Positions 22,183 to 35,894 of a stretch of 64,000 bases of DNA are shown one piece after another (position 1 is the stretch's first letter; each line of letters starts with the position of its first letter). The translations under genes and the position numbers were made by a program. The DNA comes from Botryllus schlosseri (Eukaryota): NCBI GenBank assembly GCA_051294905.1, contig CM119371.1, forward strand, positions 37,140,001 to 37,204,000. Direction: 5' to 3'. The notes beneath the pieces are model-generated. The model was not told the DNA's origin and searched no databases. It was given only the letters and a program-made list of their open reading frames with translations.

Positions 22183-24232
22183 GTCCTAATTGTCGATTGA
22201 AACCGACCGAAAATCGGATTAGACGAAAAGTGGTATTTGACGCAAAATCGTGCATTTTGATCTTAAAAAAGTACGCAATTTCTCAACTTTTTGATAATAT
22301 CGTTAATATTATGATGTAATACTTATCCGAATATATAACATATCCGAAGCAGAGGGCACGCCGTTACATTTTAGGTGTCCTGATTGTCCATTGAAACTGA
22401 CCGAAAATCGAATTGGACGAAAATTCGTATTTGACGCAAAATCATGCATTTTGATCCTCAAAAAGTACGCAATTTTTCAACTTTTTGATATTATCGTTAA
22501 TATCATGATCTAATACTTAACGAAATATATAACATATCCGAAGCAGAGGGCACGCCGTTACATTTAGGGTGTCCAAATCGTTGATTGAAATAGACCGAAA
22601 ATCGAATTGGACAAAAAGTCGTATTTGACGCAAAATCATGCATTTTGATCTTAAAAAAGTACGCAATTTCTCAACTTTTTGATAATATCGTTAATATTAT
22701 GATGTAATACTTATCCCAATATATAACATATCCGAGGCAGAGGGCACGCCGTTACATTTTAGGTGTCCTGATTGTCCATTGAAACTGACGGAAAATCGAA
22801 CAGGACGAAAAGTCGTATTTTACACAAAATCATGCGTTTTGATTCTCAAAAAGTACGCAATTTCTCAACTTTTTGATATTATTGGTAATATCATGATGTA
22901 ATACCTGTTCAGATATATAGCATATCCGAAGTAGAGGGCACGCCGTTACATTTCGGGTGTTCTAATTGTCGATTGAATCTGACCGAAAATCGAATTGGAC
23001 GAAAATTCGTATTTGACGCAAAACCATGCATTTTGATCCTCAAAAAGTACACAATTTCTCAACTTTTTGATATTATCGTTAATATCATGATGTAATACTT
23101 ATCGAAATATATACCATATCTGAAGCAGAGGGCACGCCGTTACATTTTGGGTGTCCTAATTGTCGATTGAATCTGACCGAAAATCGAATTGGACGAAAAT
23201 TCGTATTTGACGCAAAACCATGCATTTTGATCCTCAAAAAGTACACAATTTCTCAACTTTTTGATATTATCGTTAATATCATGATGTAATACTTATCGAA
23301 ATATATACCATATCTGAAGCAGAGGGCACGCCGTTACATTTTGGGTGTCCTAATTGTCGATTGAATCTGACCAAAAATCGAATTTGACGAAAAGTCGTAT
23401 TTGACGCAAAATCGTGCATTTTGATCTTAAAAAAGTACGCAATTTCTCAACTTTTTGATATTATCGTTAATATCATGATGTAATACCTGTCCAGATATAT
23501 AGCATATCCGAAGTAGAGGGCACGCCGTTACATTTCGGGTGTTCTAATTGTCGATTGAATCTGACCGAAAATCGAATTGGACGAAAATTCGTATTTGACG
23601 CAAAATTATGCATTTTGATCTTGAAAAAGTACACAATTTCTCAACTTTTTGATATTATCGTTAATATCATGATGTAATACCTGTCCAGATATATAGCATA
23701 TCCGAAGTAGAGGGCACGCCGTTACATTTCGGGTGTTCTAATTGTCGATTGAATCTGACCGAAAATCGAATTGGACGAAAATTCGTATTTGACGCAAAAT
23801 CATGCAATTTGATCTTAAAAAAGTACACAATTTCTCAACTTTTTGATATTATCGTTAATATCATGATCTAATACTTAACGAAATATATAACATATCCGAA
23901 GCAGAGGGCACGCCGTTACATTTAGGGTGTCCAAATCGTTGATTGAAATAGACCGAAAATCGAATTGGACAAAAAGTCGTATTTGACGCAAAATCATGCA
24001 TTTTGATCTTAAAAAAGTACGCAATTTCTCAACTTTTTGATAATGTCATTAACATGATGATTTAATACTTATCCCAATATGTAACATATCCGAAGCAGAG
24101 GGCACGACATTACAATTCGAGTGTCCTAATTGTCAATTGAAACTTACCAAAAATGGATTTGACCGAAAATCGAATTTGACGAAAAGTCGTATTTGATGCA
24201 AAATCGTGCGTTTTGATCTTCAAAAAGTAGGC
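22183..24232 (-). repeat. Right-arm tandem array, 10 x 194 bp plus a partial unit, inverted relative to the left arm
   Basis: Anchor agagggcac at 22351, 22545, 22739, 22933, 23127, 23321, 23515, 23709, 23903, 24097. Confidence 0.97.
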
Positions 24233-25594
24233 GACGTAAAACCATACGATGAAATAATTTTGCGAATATATAAAATGCCCGAAGCAGAAGCAACGCTATT
24301 GCATTTTTTTTTGTTTTTATTGTTTATTGAATAACTTATAAATTGCGGCATTACAGTCGACCTATACCAAACACGAACATGACGTTGATCGCAATAATCG
24401 TAATCATTTATATTCTGATGTGCTCAAGACACATAGTGTGCAATGCGATGTAGTTAACCGGCAAGAAGATGTTGCATTTACATATTATGGTATTTTAATC
24501 AAACAACGACTAAAGCCAATTGGCCGATGTAACAGTGTGGGATATGCTGTCTTCGTTAAACGTTATTATTTGTGTTTTTTTTTCTGCTCGATATCACATA
24601 TAATCTTTTGTGGAGTCTTACTTCGGGCGTCTTGACGTAAGAACTAGTCAAACATGGGGGAAGGAACACAAATTAACCTCTGATGCTTCGGCTACAGGCG
24701 AGAATAGAAGTAGGTCCGTCTGCGTAGATTACGTAACGGCTGAAAATTTAGATGCCATAAGTACTACCTGGCGGTTGTAAAATGAAGCACTCCTTCCAAG
24801 TTTCGATGACATATTGTATTGATCATACCGTTTGCGCCATTTAGTGATAAAACTCGTGTGTTTCAGTTCGTTTGCACTCCAAAACTGTCGCGAAATTGTT
24901 TTTCCGGTTATAATATTTGATTTCAGCACAAGTGAATCATTGCGACAACAATTACTCGGCGATTTCGGAAATGTAACGTAAGCATTTTCTGGCAGAATCA
25001 CAGTGGTACAATGACAACAATATAATGAATATTAATTGTCAAGTCAGTGCTCAGTTCAGTACGAATCACGAGTAGTGTTGCTGTGATTATGTTCAGAATA
25101 AGTCAGTCTTTACGTTCAATGTAGGATCAGTATGTTGACAATAAGGTCATTCCACGGTTGAGGGTTCATGGCATTTAGGAAGGGCTGGGGACGAGGGTCC
25201 TATCCAGGGTCGGGCTCGCTCACCACTATACACGCTATCTCTCCCACTACTAATGATAGTAACTTCTGTTCAAAATTTTTCCAAATTTCACTGGATACGT
25301 TATAAAATAGTTATGTTGGCTAAAAAAATGTTGCACACCAAATTTGGCGGAATTCCAACCAGTAGATGCAGAGTTCTTGGATTGCATCAAAAAGTTTTGA
25401 ATTTAATATTTAAAAAATAGTAATTGAAATTTCATGCCCAACCTGTAAAATTGTTAGGCTGTCAGTAGAGACGATGCAAGCCAAATTGGGCTCAATTTCA
25501 ACCAGTAGAAGCGATGTTGTTGCAGTAGAAAAATTTGAAATTGAATAAAATACTTCATGAATGATGTGGAAGGTTCGAGTATCAACCTTTTATG

Positions 25595-27945
25595 CGATCA
25601 CCATGATAGGGTTGCGATATTTTGGGATCCAAGAAGGAGGACACTTTTTACCAGTTACAAGATTCACAATACTGAACCCCAAAAGTGCCGATGCTATAAT
25701 TTTAGCGGGAAATTATGTTGCTTTAACTAAAAAAGTCAACTTTCCGAGTCGCAAAAAAAGAAAAGGTCATATTTCCAGTCCTACTTCCGAAAGACCCACC
25801 CGAATATCCACGGGAGTGTATTGGTGTATATATTTCTTGAATCCAGCCACTGGGAACAGTGGTTGCGTTTGTTGTATAAAATTGCATCCCAATAAAGTGC
25901 TATATTTGACAGTGCTGGTATTTTTTGCTGATTGTGTGCGCTGGAGTGGGTTGAATTCCTACTCATATACAAGTAAATTATTAATTTCGAAGACACGCCC
26001 AAACTACTCGGAGTAGAAAGCCTGTACTCCAGTAAGTAGTTTTGGAAGTTGATTTATAGTTTGGTGCCAGTAGCGTGCTGACTTTGGTCTGCGATACTTA
26101 GCTGTCATCTGGGTGGATAGTATTAAAAAGCGTCTCTTCAGTTGAGCAAAGTGTCCTTTAATTGCCTCTTATCTAAACATTCTATGCGTTCTCAGTACGG
26201 TACAGGATACGAAAATTCATGACCAATCTCTTTGTTTGGTTTGTTACGATCACGTTAGAACAACGAAATTGTTTCCGTATTTCGAGATTGTAATGTATAA
26301 CCGTATTTACTGACGTTCGCTCCTGATGAGAGTCGGTCAAATAGCTCATAGTGGAATTAATAAGACAATATGATTTTGATACTTAGCTGTCGTCTGGATG
26401 GATAGTGATAAAAAGCGGTTCTTCGGTTGAGCAAAGTGTCCTTGCCTCTTATCTAAGCATTCTATGCGCTGTCAGGATAGGAAAATTCATGACCAATCTC
26501 TTCGTTTGGTTTGTTATGATCACGTTACAACTAGGGCTGGGCAAAATCGAGTACTTGAGTGATTCGATTCTGAATCACGCAATATGCTTCGAGTCGAGTC
26601 GAGTAATCGAGTATCACTCATTATGACGTCATAACAGAATGTAATACGTCAAAGTTCAAATATGTACCGTTTATGCCACCAAAAAGAATATGATGACTGT
26701 TATCCATCTCATAAACGATAATTTGGTATTTTTTCAACCATACCGATTTCATTCCACTTGGTGACAATGTTGTGGGATAATCATGACTTCGGACATGTGC
26801 TACGTCCGGTAACCTTCGTAGCTTTGTACTATATGTTTCGTATGCTACGATACCACCAATCACGGTTTCATGGCTTCAACGGTCAAAATTAGTATCAAAA
26901 CTATAATTCTCGTTGATAAATTAACTTTCAAGTAGTGAGAAGCTTATAATTTCAGTACTCGAAAAAATCGTCTTTTACTACTCGACTCGAATCATTAAAA
27001 TTATTACTCGATTCAGATTCGAGTACTCGAATCATTGTGCCCGGCCCTAGTTACAACAACGAAATTGTTTCCGTATTTCGAGATTGTAATGTATAACCGT
27101 ATTTTACTGACGTTCGCTCCTGATGAAAGTCGGTCAAATAGCTCATAGTGGAATTAATAAGACATTTGATTTTGAATATATTTTGTTTTTTGACGTAAAA
27201 GTTGACCAGCAGTTGGAATCTGTAGATGTGAAAATATTTTGCTGGCAATCCTGGCATAATATCAAGTAAGCAGTACAGCTACACTAAAATATACTAGCAT
27301 GCTGCGAAAACGCAGTATTTCGCTACTGGTTACCTCTGAGTAAAATTTCTGATTCTAAACCATCCTCAGAATTTTACTCAAGTGGACGCGATAATATTGA
27401 AGTATATCAAAACTACCTCACGTAGTAGCAGAATAGAACGTTGTTGAAAAGTCTAAAAAGTAAATTGGAACTGGACGATAGGGCTACATGACTTGATAAT
27501 GAGTTTAAAAGTGAAATACGAACTTTAGAGATTCTTAAAGTGGAAGTAGTCCAAGACCACTTGCGGGGGGACGGTCCGCTGTTGTGATTGTGGGAGTTTG
27601 TGATATCATCGATAGACCACAGCTTTGCCGTTTAGTATTGCGCGTTCCGCCGTTTAGACCTCACTCGAGGGATTTTGTCATTGTCTGTCCGATCCGCCGT
27701 TTAGTCTTGGCCGTGATGTGATTACAATAACAATAATATAATGAATATTATAGTCAGTCTGTAACTCAATACGGTATTTAGTTCAGTTCGTCGAGTACGA
27801 ATCACGAGTAGTGTTGTTGTGACTATGTTCAGAAGAAGGTCAGTCTCTACGTTGAGGGTTTATGGCATTATTAGGAAGGGTTGGGGCCGAGGGTCCTATC
27901 CAGGGCTCGCTCACCACTATACATGCTATCTCTCCCTAATGATAG
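25595..27945 (+). repeat. Segmental duplicate of 7150-7392 + 15025-16050 + 25008-25260, lacking the hAT nest and the foldback insertion
   Basis: Colinear similarity across both insertion points; includes an internal ~290-bp tandem duplication at 26095-26390. Confidence 0.85.
26532..27049. mobile_element. hAT MITE (TAGGG ends)
   Basis: TIR tagggctgggca / tgcccggcccta; TSD GTTACAAC at 26524-26531 and 27050-27057; empty site near 26254. Confidence 0.9.
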
Positions 27946-28207
27946 TAGCCCCTAACCTAATGACCCCAGCCCCCTACCTAAGGACCCTCACCCCCAAACC
28001 TAATGACACTAGCCCTTAACCGTGGGCTGAAATTATTGTGAGCATATAGCAACTTTACGGTACGGTATACTTACGGTACGTAACCACACCAACCCCGTAG
28101 AAAGGTTTCTTGCATAGAACAATTAAGTTATTAAAGAGAAAATTGTGTGCGAGATTACCACTTATTCCACTCTAGCACCCACCCACTGACCCTCTTTTGC
28201 CTAGAAG

Positions 28208-29009
28208 CAGGGTTGCCATACCGTCCTTATTTCTAAGATTTGTCCTTATTTTTAAGGGCAGGTCTTAGAAAACTCAACTGTCCTTATTTTTCAGAAATGT
28301 CCTTATTTTCGACTTGTGTCCTTATTTTGTCTTAGTTCCGAGAACTACAGATCTTCGATCGTTTTCCTCTGGTATCCGTGTTGAAAATATTCTAAAATTA
28401 TGCTTTTGCGTCGTGATTTTATGACATCATGAATAAAAGGGACACCCGTGGTGTAGGCCTACACACCACAGGATTTAGCTTGTAAGTGGTGAGATAGCTA
28501 GGGCGCGGCAGCGAGTGGTACAGCAGTTTCGGATTTACCAAGGTATCGCAGCAGACGTCATTTTAGCAGTAAACAGCAGTACCGTACCAGGTTTCTGCTG
28601 TTTAGTCTACAGCAGAATAAGCTGTGGTAAGGCAGCTTTTATTGTGTAGCGAAAAAGAGAGCAATGCAGTCGACACTTGGGTTAAGAAGTAGTAAAGCTA
28701 TAAATCATTGATAAATTTATCTAAATTATGTCGCACATATAGTTCTAGCTACTAATAACGTTAAATATGATTAGTTAAAATAAGCAACCGTAAAAACGTT
28801 ATTTGTGACGATTATGGGAGAGAATTCAAAGGTATCAAACGAAGCTTGAAGGGCGAATGTTTCGCACATTGCAATATCTGCAATTGTGAAATTAACCTGG
28901 AGGTTATATGAAAGAACGCTATTTGAATTCACACAGAGTTGCACAAAACTAATGCTGATCTAAATTTTTGGCTGTCCTTATTTTTGGGTCCATTTCGATG
29001 GAAACCCTG
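28208..29009 (+). mobile_element. hAT deletion derivative retaining a BED-like finger remnant
   Basis: TIR cagggttgccat / atggaaaccctg; TSD CCTAGAAG at 28200-28207 and 29010-29017; 28814-28950 reads EFKGIKRSLKGECFAHCNICNCEINL...IH...H. Confidence 0.85.
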
Positions 29010-29092
29010 CCTAGAAGCTAGGACAGGGTGTCCAACCTTTTTGACCAAAGAGCCATATTCTGTTAACGAAATATTACATGGGCCACTTGATT

Positions 29093-29525
29093 CACTGGTC
29101 AACACATATTTTTAGGCAGTCAAAGTAAGAGTGGTTTTGAGGGGTTCTGAAGGGCACTGATTCCGAATATGACCATAGTTTTTTCAAATTGGCTCTTGTT
29201 GTGGAGATAACCCATAGTGCTATCTTGACCAAAATCTCCTAGATATAAAATCGGCTCAGTCGTACTTCGAAGTTCAGAAATTCAATACTTGTTATTGTTA
29301 CACACAGAAGGCTCTTTTATATCAAAATACAGCAACAGCATTATATTTAGGGTTAATCGATTTATTTTAGTTGGAGACTTTCACGGATAGGCTATCATGT
29401 ACAAGTACATGAATAAACTCCAGTCGTGTATAATGTATATAAGTATTTACCTAGATACTCAAATACCGTGGCATTAATTTAATCAGTTTTACGTCAACCA
29501 CCTAATGCAAATTTGAAATAATCAA
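29093..29525. mobile_element. One-ended fragment of the Chapaev3-like element
   Basis: Starts cactggtcaacacatat; colinear with 35895-36328. Confidence 0.65.
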
Positions 29526-30531
29526 TCAAAAAACTTTTTCCCGATCCTGGGCAGTCACGGATTGAATTGATAGGTTGCCTAAAAAGACGCTACTCACCAA
29601 ATCTGGCTCAATTCCAACGAGTGTACGTCGACACAGGGCTAATTGCAATTTTGACTTTAATATGAAAAATACAAATTCAAATTTTACCGTCGACTCCATG
29701 ACATTGTGTAGCTGTGTATAAAAACGATGCAAAACAAATTCTACGCAATCCCGAACCGAAGAAGCCAAGTTATTTGAGTTTTTCATTCATAATTCTGGGA
29801 TTTTCCACCATCCATGCTATTTTCCAAATCCGACACTTTCAGCTGCAATAACTTCGCTGCGTGTTGGACTTGCGTCAAATTTGTTTTGCATCGTTTTTGG
29901 AGACAGCTAAACAATGCCATGGGGTTGATGGTAATAAAATTGGCCCGAGTCCGCGTATAGTGGTTGAAATTGAGCCAAATTTGGTGTGCAGCGTTTTTTA
30001 GGCATCCTAACAATTTAATCAGTGAATACCCGCCTCCTGGGTCCAAGAAAAAACGTTATTTTTGAACAACTCTAGTGCACAGCTGTGTACTATACTATAC
30101 TATACTATGCGCATCTGTATACTACAATACGACCAATCCAGGTTTAAAGGCATCCACGGAAAATAGTATTGGAACTATAGAGCGAGTCTTTATTTGTTTT
30201 ATTCATCCAAAATACCTAACAAGCAGACGATATGATCAATCGAGATTGACAGCCGTACACAGTGTGAAAATTGCATCAATATTGTAATTGAATATCTTAA
30301 CTTTCAGCGACAAGAAGGATCATACAATTTCAGTGCTCAAAAATCATCTCACACAATTTGACTCTAATCGTAGAAGTAACACTTGATCCAGATTCAAGTA
30401 CGGGTCTTGAATCATTGTGCCGGGCCAGAGTAATGAGTTGATTATCTGTTGGTGATTTGTGATAGATAGTACATTCAGTAGCGATCATTTCTAAATTCTA
30501 ACTATTCATCATGACTTGAAATGTCGTTTAG

Positions 30532-31957
30532 GTGATACTTAGAGAGTAGTGGAAGATTAGAGGACATGCATTCCGGTGTCAAAAATCATGAGTGTGATGT
30601 ATGTGGGAAAATATTTACTCAAAAGTGTAACCTGACGCGTCATATGGAGATGCATGTTGGCATGAAAAACCATGAATGTGATGTGTGTGGAAAAGCTTTC
30701 ACCCAGAAGGGAGACCTGATGTTTCATGTGGACATACATGCTGGCGTCAAAAATCATGAATGTGCTGTGTGTGGAAAAGCATTTACTCGGAAGGGTAACC
30801 TCAAACTCCATATGGAGATGCATGCTGGCGTCAAAAACCATGAATGTGCTGTGTGTGGAAAAGCATTTACTCGGAAGGGTAACCTCAAACTCCATATGGA
30901 GATGCATGCTGGCGGCAAAAACCATGAATGTGCTGTGTGTGGAAAAGCATTTACTAGGAAGGGTGACCTGAAGCTTCATATAAAGATGCATGTTGGCGTC
31001 AAAAATCATGAATGTTGTGTTTGTGGAAAAGCATTTACTCAGAATGGTCACCTGAAGCTTCATGTGGAGATGCATGCTGGCGTAAAAAATCATGAATGTG
31101 GTGTTTGTGGGAAAGCATTTACTCAGAATGGTCATCTGAAGCTTCATATGAAGATGCATGCTGGCGTCAAAAATCATGAATGTGCTGTGTGTGCGAAAGC
31201 ATTTATTCGGAAGCGTGACCTGAAGCTTCATATAAAGATGCATGCTGGCGTCAAAAATCATGAATGTGGTGTTTGTGGAAAAGCATTTACTCAGAATGGT
31301 CACCTGAAGCTTCATATGGAGATGCATGGTGGCGTCAAAAATCATGAATGTGGTGTTTGTGGGAAAGCATTTACTCAGAATGGTCATCTGAAGCTTCATA
31401 TGAAGATGCATGCTGGCGTCAAAAATCATGAATGTGCTGTGTGTGCGAAAGCATTTACTCAGAAGGGTGAGCTGAAGCGTCATATGAAGATACATGCTGG
31501 CGTCAAAAATCATTAATGTACTGTGCGTGGAAAATCATTTCCTCACCAGAGTAACCTCAATCTTCATATGAAGATGCATGCTGGCGTCAAAAATCATGAA
31601 TGTGCTGTATGTGGAAAAGCATTTACTCAGAAGGAAGACCTCAAGCTTCATATGAAGATCCATGCTGGCGTCAAAAATCATGAATGTGCTGTGTGTGAAA
31701 AAGCATTTACTCAGAAGGGTAACCTTGAGCGTCATGTAGAGATGCATGCTGGTGTCAAAAATCACGAATGTGCTGTGTGTGGGAAAGCGTTTACTCAGAA
31801 GGGTCACCTGAAGCTTCATATGCGGATGCATGATGGCATCAAAAATCATCATGTGATGTGTGTGAGAAAGCATTTACTGAGAAGACAACCCGGACATATG
31901 CGGATGTATGCTTGCATGAAAAATCATCTTGTCTGCAATATTGGCAACAAAGCTTGA
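30532..31957 (+). pseudogene. C2H2 zinc-finger array exon, copy B (14 intact fingers plus 1 broken; probably disabled)
   Basis: Acceptor tttAG at 30530-31; 1-nt deletion versus copy C just after the acceptor; 11 fingers in ORF 30566-31516; TAA at 31514-16 where other units have GAA, followed by a finger lacking its second Cys; 3 further fingers; frameshifted tail. An 11-finger product from ATG 30566 is not excluded. Confidence 0.8.
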
Positions 31958-33174
31958 ACATGCCCCAGGTCTAGTGGCATTACAGTCCAAATATACCCTA
32001 TACGTAATGCTGTCCGGTCGCTGGCATGCAATGTAACAATCGCTAGGTACAACTATGTACTCATCCGTTAATCATGTGTTTCGCATCTATCCGTATGTTA
32101 TTTATCCATAGTCGAACGCTTCCCTAGACACTCGGCCGCGTCTGGCGTCTGAACGGGCTCAGCTTCTGCTGCACTCGTGTGCATAGTCGTATTGAACTTA
32201 CTGTACGCCAAATACCCATGTTCAAAGTCCATGGTGAACTTCCGATTAATCTGTTTTTTTTTCATATCAGCTTACTATGTGCACCGAAATCGCGAGAGGT
32301 CTTGTTATGAACAGTTACTGGGAGTCCAAATAATCGCTTGAATTCGCTAATGAATCATTGATATTAGTAGTTTCACATATTACTATCAAATATTTAAACT
32401 ATTCTTCGAAGTTACAATGAAATGTCTGTCCTGACTGCCCTAGTGTGGAGTCATATGACTTTGTCTGAGTCGTGCACTAAAATATTGTGACTCGAATCGA
32501 GTCATCACAACCCTGGCAGGTTGGTCAGCCCTGAGCGAGAGTATCGATTTCCAGTGCTTTACAACAAGTGTTTCACATGACATGCTGCTGTGTTTCAAAT
32601 TGCCATAAATATTGTGTTGCTATTGTTGCAGATTGGTTGTAGTCGTCGAAAATTCAAAAGTCTGTATACATGATAACGTGACGATGACTGGTAATTGGCT
32701 ATGCTGCCGCATCTGCCCTTTACTGCGGTGTTGTTTCACATACGGCACGGCAAGCATATATGAAAGTTGGGATTGCGTCATACTCGACGGCCCACTGTTC
32801 TGAAAATCCATGGTGAGTTGATGAACACTGAGTTGTGTTATACTATTACTCAAAAGTATTCTAGTTGGACATTTTCTGATTCATAATTAGCGGTTTTTAT
32901 AATTTTCATCAGTTCTAACCAGGCAATCCAATGTACAATGCGAAATGTAATGTACTGATGTAATAAACACAAATAGCTGGATTTCTAAACGCAACGATCA
33001 AGTCAGTATAGTTCAATTTAATAATAATTTCATCCTTTCAAAACCACAAGATTATGTTAAAGGTAAGGTAGGAAGGAAGGGAAGTCGAAACGACCGAGTA
33101 GTTTTCAACGAAACAACCACCTTCGAATAGAACATTTATATAAGAGGAATGCACGCTGAATTTATGGCATAGAC

Positions 33175-35845
33175 CAGTGGTTCCCAACCTTTTTATCCTA
33201 ATTCCCCATTTCCGATGTATTCCGTGCCTTCAATCCCCACCTAAAATCTCTATATCCATACCCCCCCTTTAAAGTGCTACCTCCAATAAAATTTTGCAAG
33301 ACTTTGCTTAGTAAATCGTTAAGATCCCCTGAATTGATCAGTACACAATCAAATTAACGCAGCGGTGAACTGGTAGCCGTAAACGCAGCACCGTAACTGC
33401 CGCACCCCAAACCCCCCAATTGGGGGGGGGCCGAGCTCAAAGGGGGCCCAAAATTATTTTGTGAATTAGCATAAATCATAGAGTATTTTTTGAAAATTTA
33501 TGCAATATTTTCAAAATTTGTTCGCTCCGCGCGCGAATTCGAGTTGTCATTTATCTTTATTATTGGGTATTGGGCCCTTATCGCGCCACGACCCACCAAG
33601 ACATAGAATCAAGTTTTAGGCCATATAACATGTGACTCCAAGAAATGTGCCAGAACGATCGGCAGCGAGAAAACCTTGGCCGAAAAGGTCTATGCTCTTA
33701 TGCTGACCGAAGACTTCGTTATATATACAAAATACATAAAGGTTTAATTGTCCATAGGTGCCTAAATGACTGGCGCCGTATGTTCCTGTCTTTGCAATCT
33801 GAACCTCACAAGACAAATGCCACCCCGCTGGTAAAAATTTTATGAGAGTGAAGAAATACCAATTTGAAATCGTGTGCGTCTCTTAGTTTAGAAGCCTACG
33901 TTTGGGCGATTCTACATTTTTTGATATAGCAGACTGGAAGTCACGAAATAACATTATGTAAGAAGTCATATCGACGGGTCTGCCCGCCCGAAGATGTTTA
34001 ATTATTATTTACGAGCCCTCCCGTTTTCCAAGACACTTCACTCAGCTCTACCAGTGAATCTAATTACGTGAGTAGAGAGGACAATATATTGATAGCATAA
34101 TATATATGCAATCGCCGATCTGATTGACCGATTTTATCATAAATTATTGAAAATTTTCGCGCCTCGCGCTGGCTCACAATACAGTACAGATGATTTCGTG
34201 ACAAACGCGAACAACGTGATGGAGGGGTCGTTTCATCACCCTATGGGAGCACAAGACCCACGTTTTTTGGGCCTGATGAGGTGCTGCTTCGTTCCAGCCA
34301 ACGGGTATACGCTTGAAGATGTTTAATTATTATTGAGTGGTCCTACCTTTTCCAACACACCTCACTCAGCTCTATCGGCAAATCTGATTACGTGAGCGGA
34401 GAGTATAGATAAAAATTGATAACAATATATATGCAATTCCCGATCATACTAACCGATTCAGTCAAGAATTCCGCGCGCTTAGGCGACAAAAGCTGATTCA
34501 GTAAACAGGCTATCGTCGGAGGGGGGTCTGGGGTGAAAGCCCCCCAGAAGTTCGGTCTATAACCCTATGGGGGGCCCAAGACCAAAGTTTGGGGGGGGGG
34601 GCTGACGAAGTGCTGTTAAGACCCTGGTAAACCGACCTCCATAAATGTATGTATCTACCCCGGCGCGCAGCCAACAGAAAAATAGGAGGGGTTTGAAAAT
34701 TTTCCAGATGTTGCGGAGTATCATCAATTTAAATACGTAAATGCCGAATAATACATGGGTCAGGTAAACTTCCTGATGTTGACGAACTCATGCGTGCGAT
34801 ATATATATATAAGCTGCGTAAACTACACTTTCTCACAGCACTAAAAGAACTGGAAATAACATAAATATGTACCGTAATTTTCCGAATATAGTGCGCCCCC
34901 ATGTATAATACGCACCCTTACAATGGCGTGCAAATTCCGGGAAAAAGCCTGTACCCATGCATAGTACGCACCCTGCATTCGCATTACATGAATAGTTGTG
35001 TTTCAGTACACGATGTTGTTCTGTTTTGCGAAGTCACTGTCGAACAATCATGACATAACCATGCGATTGTTAAGGCCTGTCGTTGACGCGATGAATCGGC
35101 AAGGATTGCCGCGGACGCTTGTAGCAACCAAGCGACCTGATTTCGCTCGCGTACAAACGGCTAACTAACTCAGCAGGCGCTGTGCAGACGACTCTCGTTC
35201 ATTAGAAACACGCTTTTCGTTAATTGGTAACACCCTTCTCTATTTGGCTGCGTTGTTACACTCTATAATACGGATTACGAGGGCCCAATGGCTAGAGGTG
35301 ATGCGCGATTTAAACAAACATGAAGAAAGGTGTGATTTCAAGTTTTTGATCGAGGGATTTTTTTCAAGGCTTGCTGTACCCATGTATAATACGCACCCCC
35401 TATTTTAGGGCAAAAAATCGGTAAACTTTTGCGCATTATACATGGAAAATTACGGTAATTTCATTTGTAACGGGGCCGGATGTGCTATCAATTATCGAAT
35501 CTACGATATCCTTTGAATATATATTCAGCAATATGAGCTCTTATTACAACGAATCAGAATTTTTCTATCACTAGGTTTCGTGACCGATGATGGTGTACAA
35601 ATGAATAAAAACATTTCTGGATATCGCGTGTCGCTATGCAGGCGATTCTCGCTAATTATGGAGGCACTGATAATATAAATCGCAGAATTGCTAATGAGCT
35701 ATGAAATATTGGGTCGGCATTTCAACACGACGTTTAATAAAGGAGAATATTACTGTAAAGAATTTTTCAAAAGGGAGTCTATTTCCCACCAGAAATCCTG
35801 AAATTCTCCACCAGTGGGGAATTCCCCACCGTTTGGGAACCACTG
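33175..35845. mobile_element. hAT (Charlie-like) element with nested insertions
   Basis: TIR cagtggttcccaa / ttgggaaccactg; TSD GCATAGAC at 33167-33174 and 35846-35853; contains a further element at ~33386-34626 and a TA-flanked element. Confidence 0.9.
34872..35455. mobile_element. Tc1/mariner-pogo (Tigger-like) MITE
   Basis: TA-ccgtaattttcc ... ggaaaattacgg-TA; same family as 39621-40505 (inverted) and a fragment at ~60520-60781. Confidence 0.85.
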
Positions 35846-35894
35846 GCATAGACAGGACAACCTCTAGATTTCATTTTCAAAAATTTTTATATAA

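Larger units (their letters stand above)
16051..25007 (-). mobile_element. Foldback (FB-NOF-like, Mutator superfamily) transposon with ~2.8-kb modular inverted arms
   Basis: Termini ACCACTGTGATTCTGCCAGAAAATGC and its exact reverse complement; TSD ACAATGAC at 16043-16050 and 25008-25015. Each arm is ~750 bp unique sequence plus a 194-bp tandem array; internal PHD-MULE transposase; empty paralogous site at 27711-27750. Confidence 0.92.

Noticed and set aside
27945..28025. ccctaa-like motifs as interstitial telomere
   Set aside because: Only scattered imperfect motifs, not tandem TTAGGG; more likely part of a repeat element.
19830..31516. TAA/TAG reassignment or programmed read-through to explain in-frame stops
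   Set aside because: The stops align with different residues in paralogs (Glu in the ZF and one ACTR10 exon, Gln in another) and co-occur with frameshifts elsewhere; ordinary nonsense mutations suffice.
30557..31873. Long minus-strand ORFs (318 aa, 112 aa, and similar ones over 40792-42210)
   Set aside because: Antisense shadows of the 84-bp zinc-finger repeat; no independent protein features.
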